From an uncultured virus (IMG/VR IMGVR_UViG_3300026549_001205) (Duplodnaviria; Heunggongvirae; Uroviricota; Caudoviricetes), in the IMG/VR virus record IMGVR_UViG_3300026549_001205: a stretch of DNA of 20,000 nt. One strand, 5' to 3'. The notes beneath the pieces are model-generated. The model saw only the letters and a list, made by a program, of their open reading frames with translations, ran no database searches and was not told the DNA's origin. The first letter of the stretch is position 1, and every line of letters begins with the position of its first letter. Shown piece after piece: positions 1 through 6,625 of this stretch. Both the position numbers and the translations under genes were made by a program.

Positions 1-534
1 GAAATCATCCTCCGCACGAGCTCTGCTGCCGAGCGGCTCACCATCACGAATCTTCTGAAGATTGTTCAGTCCGCAGGCAATGCCCTTGTTGCCGGAGCTG
101 TTGAATGCGTAAAACGAGATCGAAGCACGGCCGTAAACACCACTGTAAACCTCGCTGTGATCGATGATCTCCTGACGATCAGCATCCACGATGCCAGGCG
201 CCGTAGTGGAGTTCGCGTTGATGAAGTAGGAATCCTTGTAAGCCTCGTCATCCGGTCTCTCGGCATCGCCATCTCTGAGCGGTGTCTTGATCGCGGACAG
301 TGCCGGAACGGATCTTCCGTTGCCCTTCAGCTTGGCTTCCCCTTCGTGGTACGCAGCCTCAATGGCGGCCTTGATCTTCGCAACGGTTACAGTATCCTTT
401 TTCGGGATGATCAGGCTGACGCTGTACTTCGGTGCACCGCCGTTGATGCTCTTCGGCTCCCACGCGTTGCAGTAGGACCAGCGGGTATCCTTGCCAGTAA
501 TCACTTTTGTCGGGTTCATCATTGTCTTAGACAT
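1..534 (-). CDS. DUF2815-family phage ssDNA-binding protein (T7 gp2.5-like); 3' end runs off the window
   Basis: Not in the ORF track because there is no stop inside the window. My translation from the ATG at 534 (preceded by GGAGAA) is MSKTMMNPTKVITGKDTRWSYCNAWEPKSINGGAPKYSVSLIIPK...LRDGDAERPDDEAY...VYSGVYGRASISFYAFNSSGNKGIACGLNNLQKIRDGEPLG...AEDDF. These are typical DUF2815 motifs, and the gene sits in its usual position after DUF2800. Confidence 0.9.
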   Translation of the reverse strand, partial: MSKTMMNPTKVITGKDTRWSYCNAWEPKSINGGAPKYSVSLIIPKKDTVTVAKIKAAIEAAYHEGEAKLKGNGRSVPALSAIKTPLRDGDAERPDDEAYKDSYFINANSTTAPGIVDADRQEIIDHSEVYSGVYGRASISFYAFNSSGNKGIACGLNNLQKIRDGEPLGSRARAEDDF

Positions 535-552
535 ATTCTTTTCCTCCGTATG

Positions 553-1671
553 TCACTCTTTGAAATCATCTGCGGCTGAGTTCATCTCAGGCCGTTTATC
601 ACTCTGTGGAACCAGTGTTGGTTTACCCTGCGGTCGTTCCACAAGACCGCCGAGCACCTCATTGAATTTCTTCTTACCCATGAGAGATGTCATAGCTGTA
701 ATGCCAAGAAGCCGCTTCTCATAAGGATCGAAGCCTGCTGCCTTTGCAGCTTCTACCACCATTGCCTCGTTGGTGTACTTCCGGTTAGCCCGACCCTCGA
801 CCAGCTTGAATCCGGACCATCTCTTTCCGGAGAGCGCCTTCTGCAACGCGTAGTCCTTCAGGTCGGATGCCCAGGATGACAGCTGGTCCAGCTTCGACAG
901 GATAGCCTCGATCTCCTCATCTTCGAGTGTCGGCGGCATCGCAAAGTCATATCGCGCGAGCTCCAGGTTCGTTTCTGCCCGTTTCCTGCAGTTCGCTTTG
1001 ACACTGCAAAACTGGCAATGATCGCCTGCTTTGAATTCGCCCTCGCCTACGAACGCGAGCTTTGCTGCCGGTACCAGAACGGTATCCGCCCAGGTGAGAA
1101 GATCTTCCTTACTCATCTCCGTCTCGCTGACATGATCGAGGCGCGGCTGAAAGATCACCATCTTGACCTTCCGGATGTCGTAAATGCCATCGAACATGTC
1201 TACGCAGCCAAGTGCGTAACACTTAAGCTGACTGGAAGAGCTGTCGACCTTGATCCCGGTCCCGTATTTCAGATCCACAATCGTCAGCGTCTCATCACCG
1301 ACGATCAGTGCATCCGCGGTACCGAAGGATTCCGGTATCCACCGAGAGAGATCAAGCTGCTGCTCAACAAGGACCGTTGGATCGTGACAGGTTTCCTTAT
1401 CCTTCTCGACCTGCGAGAGCACGTAGGTAACGTAGTCGTCTGTGGCTGACTCCATTTCCTGGTCGTAGCAATCGAGGTCTCCTGTAGGGTCTCTGGCCTT
1501 CCTGCCTAGTGCTGTCTTCAGCTTGTACTCGGCAAGGCTGTGCGCGCAGGTCCCCTGGATGGCATATTCAGATGACCGACCACCGGTATCGGTATTGAGC
1601 TTTGCCGAAGGTGGACATGCGATCCAGCGGTTACTTGAGGATGCCGACAGGAATGCGTGCTTATCAGGCAT
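553..1671 (-). CDS. DUF2800-family phage protein, PD-(D/E)xK Cas4/AddB-like nuclease with predicted Fe-S cysteines
   Basis: 372 aa. HAFLSASSSNRWIACPPS N-terminus, GTCAH, FGTADA...IVDLKYG nuclease motif, IFQPR, and CQFCSVKANC cysteine cluster. Adjacent to DUF2815. Confidence 0.88.
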   Translation of the reverse strand: MPDKHAFLSASSSNRWIACPPSAKLNTDTGGRSSEYAIQGTCAHSLAEYKLKTALGRKARDPTGDLDCYDQEMESATDDYVTYVLSQVEKDKETCHDPTVLVEQQLDLSRWIPESFGTADALIVGDETLTIVDLKYGTGIKVDSSSSQLKCYALGCVDMFDGIYDIRKVKMVIFQPRLDHVSETEMSKEDLLTWADTVLVPAAKLAFVGEGEFKAGDHCQFCSVKANCRKRAETNLELARYDFAMPPTLEDEEIEAILSKLDQLSSWASDLKDYALQKALSGKRWSGFKLVEGRANRKYTNEAMVVEAAKAAGFDPYEKRLLGITAMTSLMGKKKFNEVLGGLVERPQGKPTLVPQSDKRPEMNSAADDFKE

Positions 1672-2020
1672 CTGGAATCACCTCCGCCTCCTTGAGAAGA
1701 GCTGCGTAATCTTCTGGCTTGACCTCGGAAAGTTTCGCGGCGCCATGCTTCTTCAACAGCTCGCGAATCGCATCTGTGTTAGCCTTGCTGACGCGAGTCT
1801 TCCTGGCCATCACCTCTCTGAGTTCCTCGAATGAGATCTGCTTCGGCTTTTCCTTATTAGCAGTATTTTCTTTTATAGGCTGCTTACCCTCTTCAGGTTT
1901 TGCCTCTTTCTGGTTCGTACTGGAGAAGATCTCCCGAAGTGAATCGGAAATACCGATCAAGTTCTCACCGCACTTGCGCATCTCATCCAACGTTAGAGAT
2001 AAGTCGCTCATCTTTGACAT
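1664..2020 (-). CDS. Conserved phage early protein of unknown function that typically precedes DUF2800
   Basis: 118 aa. MSKMSDLS...CGENL N-terminus and ISFEELREVMA...IRELLKKHGAAKLSEVKPEDYAALLKEAE C-terminus. GGAGG RBS, and 8-nt overlap with the DUF2800 start. Confidence 0.75.
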   Translation of the reverse strand: MSKMSDLSLTLDEMRKCGENLIGISDSLREIFSSTNQKEAKPEEGKQPIKENTANKEKPKQISFEELREVMARKTRVSKANTDAIRELLKKHGAAKLSEVKPEDYAALLKEAEVIPDA

Positions 2021-2150
2021 GGTTACCTCCCTTCTGTGCTGGGGCTTCTGTCATCCGCATCCTGCAAGCGATCCGATCTGATAAGATACTGATTACTTGC
2101 AGGAGTGAGATAACATCAGCCCTGGTGTACCATCCTGTGTTACGGGTCAT
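1983..2150 (-). CDS. Small hypothetical phage protein (~55 aa)
   Basis: ATG at 2150 follows AAAGGCAGGTG. Sequence MTRNTGWYTRADVISLLQVISILSDRIACRM...KGG; it overlaps the next gene. The ORF-track start at 2207 lacks an RBS. Confidence 0.5.
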   Translation of the reverse strand: MTRNTGWYTRADVISLLQVISILSDRIACRMRMTEAPAQKGGNHVKDERLISNVG

Positions 2151-2168
2151 GTTCGACACCTGCCTTTC

Positions 2169-2199
2169 TGGAAGGACTTGTTCTTCTTCATCCCTTCCA
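2169..2199 (-). promoter_or_regulatory. Stem-loop in the leader of the early/replication genes, downstream of the sigma gene
   Basis: Minus strand TGGAAGG-N17-CCTTCCA, extendable with G-U pairs. No U-tract follows, so it is not a terminator. It lies just before the RBS of the 2150 ORF. Confidence 0.4.
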
Positions 2200-2247
2200 A
2201 AACACACAGGACAGTTTCCACCAGACTGAGCAAAAACTTTTTGAAAT

Positions 2248-2733
2248 TTATCTGAAGTCTTTCAGCTGCTCCCGGAGTGCCTTCAGCAGAATCTTCCTTC
2301 TGTAACTGACGGTCGTCTGCGGAATGCCGGTCTGTGCGGAGATCTTCCTATCAGAAAATCCTTCACCGAACAGTTCAATGATGGAGCGATCATCCGGTGC
2401 AAGCTGCGCCAGTGCCTTATTCAGCTCCTCGATGGCGATGTTCATCATGACCATGTCTTCCAGGCTATCGCCCTGCTGCGGAATATCGAGTCCGTCATCC
2501 AGCATCCGTTCAATGGATACGGGCGCACCAGTCGCTGCCTGATCGCAATGGCTGCAGTCGCCTGTACAGCGATGACCGCCGACATTGCAACGCCATGCTC
2601 TCTGGCGACGCTTCATCTCCGCCCATGCCGGTCTCTTGAAGGCCAGGTACACTTCCTCGGTGACCGGAACCATCTGTCCGTTGATCTCGATGTAACGCTG
2701 CTTGTTGTTATTATTCTGTTCCTGCTTTTTCAT
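2248..2733 (-). CDS. Sigma-70 region-4 (ECF/Tn916 Orf7-like) transcription factor with an N-terminal four-Cys motif
   Basis: Likely ATG at 2733 (GAGGTG-AAGAAA-ATG). VPVTEEVY, RC-x6-CxxxCxxC, and a C-terminal HTH in ALAQLAPDDRSIIELFGEGFSDRKISAQTGIPQTTVSYRRKILLKALR. Confidence 0.85.
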   Translation of the reverse strand: MKKQEQNNNNKQRYIEINGQMVPVTEEVYLAFKRPAWAEMKRRQRAWRCNVGGHRCTGDCSHCDQAATGAPVSIERMLDDGLDIPQQGDSLEDMVMMNIAIEELNKALAQLAPDDRSIIELFGEGFSDRKISAQTGIPQTTVSYRRKILLKALREQLKDFR

Positions 2734-2904
2734 TTTCTTCACCTCGTGGCCGAGGCACAGAAAGCAGGAATCAGAACGGGTCCTAGCCGATCCAGACCCT
2801 TCTAAGGCGTAATAAGACGCACGAAAGAAAGGTCTCCGTTACAGCTTCACAAGTCTGTCTCTTATGACAGATGGTGAAACTATTACGGTACCTGCTTTCG
2901 TGCG
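2714..2904 (-). promoter_or_regulatory. Structured 5' leader of the sigma gene: long hairpin plus RBS-sequestering helices
   Basis: Imperfect ~87-nt hairpin at 2818-2904, hairpin at 2773-2803, a CCTCG-GCCA-CGAGG hairpin over the SD at 2742-2755, and a 10-bp perfect helix 2761-2770/2719-2728 that encloses the start codon. Confidence 0.65.
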
Positions 2905-3102
2905 CACTCCAGCCGATATCAAATTTTCAAAGTTCTGCTACGTAGATATAAAGGTTTGGATTGTCGGACCTGAGCTGGCCCGTGAGAAAGATTAAGAGCT
3001 GTCGTAGAACATGTCGTTTTCCTCCGTAGGTTTTCATTGGTTTACATATTTCATTAGGATTTCTCCTAACATGCTTATTGTCGCTGATATCGAATTTTCA
3101 AA

Positions 3103-3141
3103 ATATGGTCACGGCATGGGCAGAATATGGGTGCGATATGG
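3103..3141. repeat. Four phased hexamer direct repeats (ATATGG, GCATGG, ATATGG, ATATGG) at exactly 11-bp period; probable protein-binding operator
   Basis: + strand copies start at 3103, 3114, 3125 and 3136. They lie between the tandem terminators and the sigma leader. Confidence 0.7.
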
Positions 3142-3157
3142 AAAATTAAAAATAGGT

Positions 3158-3188
3158 AAAAAAATAGCCCCTGCGAAGTCGCAGAGGC
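3158..3188 (-). terminator. Rho-independent terminator (second of a tandem pair)
   Basis: Minus strand GCCTCTGCG-ACTT-CGCAGGGGC followed by TATTTTTTT. Confidence 0.8.
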
Positions 3189-3190
3189 AT

Positions 3191-3225
3191 AAAAAAAGAG
3201 GAGAAGTTCTTGTATCCTCCCCCTC
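3191..3225 (-). terminator. Rho-independent terminator (first of a tandem pair) ending the BREX/ABC-3C transcript
   Basis: Minus strand GAGGGGGAG-N10-CTTCTCCTC followed by T7, starting 7 nt after the ATPase stop codon. Confidence 0.75.
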
Positions 3226-3232
3226 AGTCAGT

Positions 3233-5023
3233 TCAATCTGTATATCCAATCAGAAGTCCGTATCTTCCAGGCTCTTCTCCATGCGTATAATATTCTAGCT
3301 TGGTATCCTTATAATCAATTTTCGGTATGCTGTTTTCTACAATGATGACCTGCCCACAATCCTGGTGAGCGACCATGTAATTGAAAAGTCCCCTTCTCAT
3401 ATAATCGGTGGTTTCATCCCCACCCTCTTTTAAAGACAGAATCGGAGAATCAAGCAACAATACACCCAGTCCATGCTTTCCGCTTTGAGCGAGGTATTGA
3501 TGAAGAGCAAGCGCCACCACAGTATTTAGGAAGGCTCGATATCCTTTTCCCCATCTCAGCTTCTTTTTCCCGTTGACGACAATGTCAAAATCATCGCTGT
3601 CAAAATCAAAGAAGCAGTTTTTATAATTATGAAATTTCACTTCCTTCAGAATTTCGATCAGAAGATTATTGAAGGCATCCACAAAGTCCTCGGAGAAGTT
3701 ATCCTGCGCTTTGAACGGTGCCTGTGCATCATTTGGATCCTCTTCCTTCTTTTTAGCAGAGGTCATGAATTTTTCAACTTTCTCTATCACATCCGTGCGC
3801 GCACTTCTGTCGATTGAAAGCTTCAGGCCGCTGATTTGATCCTGCAAAGCCTGTATTGCAGGCTCAAGTTCCTGGTTTATTATATTAGACAGCTTGTCAC
3901 TTTCCGCTCTAAGCTCGTCTATCATCGCTTGATGACCGGAAATTTCAGAATCGATATCGTGTTGTGCATCCATTACATCATTAAGCTGAGGCAATATTCT
4001 GTTCAACTCAGCTTGAGCGGCTTCCTCATACGATTCCCTTTGTTCAGGATGAATATCTCCGCCACAGAACGGACATTTCTTAGGCTGTTCAACAGACTCC
4101 AGTTTCTGCTGACCATCTACAATGAAACTGATTCTCCTGATATCTGACCGGTACTGACTCAGCAGGATCTGATAACGGTTCTTCATCGATTTCGCCGATT
4201 TCTGCAAGTCTTTTACCTCAAGGATCCTGTCTTCAATCTCCTGACGCTTCTTCGATGTCTCTGAAATTTTATCCTGGGCTTCCCTAATCTGCTGTACAAG
4301 ATCATCAATGGCCTTCTGAGCCTCTTCTCTAGAAAGAACATCTTCCTCTTCGTCTGGCTTCAGCGTCGATAAAAATGCAAGATTTTCTATCTTTACAGCC
4401 GCTCTTGCCTTATTCTCCGCTGTTTTCTTCTTAGGATCCTTCTTTTCCTTGTATTCCTGGAAATCATTCTCATTCAGAAAATATAACAAGGTACTTTTTG
4501 TAGCTGTTTTGGAGAAAGGTCCACCCTTACTAAAAAATATGCTGTCTTTTCCGATGACGTTTCCTTCTGCAACACATATAAGATTCAGAAACGATCTATA
4601 CGTGAGACTCTGCCTGCCTCCATTTTCATTTTTAATAATTTTTACACCCTCACCAACTCCCGTTATGGTCATCCACACACGATTGATAGGGTACTTTGAG
4701 TTGCCAGCAGTATACGTATGAGACTCTATTTCCGGATCAGTGCTTTCAACCTCGATCTTTGTACTGCCTAACCCGCGATGCATAGTCACCAGACCATTTT
4801 TCGTACGTACAGCAATATGGACCGTATCGCATCCGGTATCTTTATCAATGACAAATTTGTCATAATCCAAACCGCACATAAAATCAAAACTATCTAGAAT
4901 CCAGCTCTTACCAGTATCCGATGCGCCATGAATTATATTCAATCCATCCTTAAACTTTACTTCGGAGTCTTCAATGCCCGGTCCGGTATACCAGAGTCTT
5001 TCGATATAATATCTGCTATTCAT
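3233..5023 (-). CDS. ABC-3C/Lamassu-family SMC/Rad50-like ABC ATPase (LmuB-like)
   Basis: 596 aa. Walker A GLNIIHGASDTGKS, long coiled coils flanking a CPFC zinc-hook-like motif, degenerate signature GKGYRAF, Walker B/D-loop LLLDSP, and QVIIVEN. Confidence 0.85.
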   Translation of the reverse strand: MNSRYYIERLWYTGPGIEDSEVKFKDGLNIIHGASDTGKSWILDSFDFMCGLDYDKFVIDKDTGCDTVHIAVRTKNGLVTMHRGLGSTKIEVESTDPEIESHTYTAGNSKYPINRVWMTITGVGEGVKIIKNENGGRQSLTYRSFLNLICVAEGNVIGKDSIFFSKGGPFSKTATKSTLLYFLNENDFQEYKEKKDPKKKTAENKARAAVKIENLAFLSTLKPDEEEDVLSREEAQKAIDDLVQQIREAQDKISETSKKRQEIEDRILEVKDLQKSAKSMKNRYQILLSQYRSDIRRISFIVDGQQKLESVEQPKKCPFCGGDIHPEQRESYEEAAQAELNRILPQLNDVMDAQHDIDSEISGHQAMIDELRAESDKLSNIINQELEPAIQALQDQISGLKLSIDRSARTDVIEKVEKFMTSAKKKEEDPNDAQAPFKAQDNFSEDFVDAFNNLLIEILKEVKFHNYKNCFFDFDSDDFDIVVNGKKKLRWGKGYRAFLNTVVALALHQYLAQSGKHGLGVLLLDSPILSLKEGGDETTDYMRRGLFNYMVAHQDCGQVIIVENSIPKIDYKDTKLEYYTHGEEPGRYGLLIGYTD

Positions 5024-5480
5024 GGGGCACCACCTTTTCCTTTATTGATTCAACAGCTATAGTGTTGATCTGTTTTAAGATTTCCTGTTCTGAGTAACCG
5101 GCATATTTATCCAACACACAGTTAACTTCTCTCCTGTAGGAATCCGCATATCTCGTATCAAGCGATTGCGCGAATTCCCTTCCTTGCTCTGCGATGCTGA
5201 ACAGAAATCCGTCTTTTGTTGCCTTCGCAGTAATAAGCCCCCTCTTAACAAGAAGATTTACTGCCTCCCTTGTGAGTTCCTTTCTAGTCGCGAATTCCGC
5301 GAATTTGAAAAGATTATCTCCATGAAGATTATTATCCGATGTATGAAAGCTCTGTCCGTACAACGACACAAAATCAATTGCAGCAATCATATTTATTGAA
5401 AAATCTGCTCGTCTCTCGGTCTGCAGCAGAATAACCGTTCTCAACGCAGTTTCAAAAGGAGTATTAAAAATTTCATTCAT
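5016..5480 (-). CDS. ABC-3C middle component (MC2-like, winged-helix; LmuC position)
   Basis: 154 aa. FNTPFETALRTVILL...DFVSLYG...NLHG...R..L...LVKRGLI...G motifs resemble ABC-3C middle component 2. It overlaps both neighbours by 8 nt. Confidence 0.75.
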   Translation of the reverse strand: MNEIFNTPFETALRTVILLQTERRADFSINMIAAIDFVSLYGQSFHTSDNNLHGDNLFKFAEFATRKELTREAVNLLVKRGLITAKATKDGFLFSIAEQGREFAQSLDTRYADSYRREVNCVLDKYAGYSEQEILKQINTIAVESIKEKVVPHE

Positions 5481-6600
5481 CTTCAGGCTCCTTCCACGTT
5501 ATTATTTGATCGTTTGCCAGCATATGACACATACCGATTTTTTCCGCAGAGCCAATCCATCCGGGGAGCAAGGAAATAAGTGATCTTGTGATGGGCATCC
5601 CCGCTGCGAACCCAGTGACTGCTGTCAGTTTATCAAAGCCATTGTCATAAGTCTTGATGTAATGAGGATATATCCCATCATTGACCTCATCCTTCATTTC
5701 ATCAAATTCTTTATATTCAATAGGAAGCACCGCATCTTGAAGAGATCTCCGGATCGTTTCCATTGCATAAAAGCATTTTCTCTGTTGTGAAAAATCTCTT
5801 TTATAAGTACGATTACGATCCACCTCACTGCGGGTAAGTCTGCCCCTTCCTTCTGCATCTCCGTATGCATCGTACAAAGCATTAACATAATTCAGCTCTA
5901 CATCATCATCTACGATTACCGGAACTTTTATGTTTTTCGGCCTCGGATATTTGCTGAGGAGAGCTTTCAGATCAGTGACATCCTGCTGAATATCTGCATC
6001 CGTAATGACTGCTCTTCTTACTGGCCTTAGAATTTCCCCAGCATCCCATTTAAGAATACTGTCGGTCTCATCGACATGGATTCCTCCATCAGTGCCAGTA
6101 TATCGATCTATATACCCGTCATCGATCTCAGCGATTCCATCAGTACAATCCTTATTGTTAACATTCAGAATCGCGAAGCGGTACAGTGATGCCAGCAGAT
6201 ACGCCAGGTCTATATACGAAGCTGAAAGAACATGCTCCTTTGTAAATCCCCGCAGCCATCCGACAGAATCTCCCGTAAGTATATTTTGGTCATCATTCAG
6301 GACATGCTTTATTGCCAGAACCAGTGCCGTCTTCTTTCCCGTATTGATCATCGGAATCACAAGGTTTCGAAAGTTTTCTGCAACATCCTCCGGATCATTG
6401 TTTCTTGCAGCCTCAATCACATCATCCGGCACATTATCATGGCCGCTCTTTAAGTGTCCGGAGAGCGCTCCGTCGCGGATCACAGATGTATCGGAACCAA
6501 AAGAGGAAAATACAGCATCACGCAAAGGGTCATTCCTTACGTTCTGACCCTTCGCTTGATAAAGTAAAACCTGCAATGTACCGAAACAAACACGCTCCAT
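5473..6600 (-). CDS. ABC-3C first ('effector', LmuA-position) protein: uncharacterised N-terminal domain plus CTD6-like C-terminal domain
   Basis: Likely ATG at 6600 (GGGGGTG SD at normal spacing). C-terminal ELNYVNALYDAY...F..QRKCFYAMETIRR...EFDEMKDEV.DGI...NGFDKL...KIGMCHMLAND..I.W resembles the ABC-3C CTD usually paired with MC2. Confidence 0.72.
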   Translation of the reverse strand: MERVCFGTLQVLLYQAKGQNVRNDPLRDAVFSSFGSDTSVIRDGALSGHLKSGHDNVPDDVIEAARNNDPEDVAENFRNLVIPMINTGKKTALVLAIKHVLNDDQNILTGDSVGWLRGFTKEHVLSASYIDLAYLLASLYRFAILNVNNKDCTDGIAEIDDGYIDRYTGTDGGIHVDETDSILKWDAGEILRPVRRAVITDADIQQDVTDLKALLSKYPRPKNIKVPVIVDDDVELNYVNALYDAYGDAEGRGRLTRSEVDRNRTYKRDFSQQRKCFYAMETIRRSLQDAVLPIEYKEFDEMKDEVNDGIYPHYIKTYDNGFDKLTAVTGFAAGMPITRSLISLLPGWIGSAEKIGMCHMLANDQIITWKEPEDE

Positions 6601-6625
6601 TAACGAAGCCACCCCCTTCTCGAAA

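Noticed and set aside
66..272. 68-aa minus-strand ORF
   Set aside because: It is an alternative frame inside the DUF2815 gene.
553..1671. Cas4-like protein as evidence of a CRISPR-Cas system
   Set aside because: There are no cas1/cas2 genes and no repeat-spacer array. The context is the standard phage DUF2800-DUF2815 module.
3103..3141. Mini CRISPR array or plasmid iterons
   Set aside because: The units are 6 bp with 5-bp spacers, far too short for CRISPR, and no Rep initiator is adjacent. Kept only as a probable operator.
3011..3298. 95-aa + strand ORF as a divergent repressor
   Set aside because: It has no HTH-like sequence, runs through the terminators and repeats, and overlaps the ATPase 3' end.
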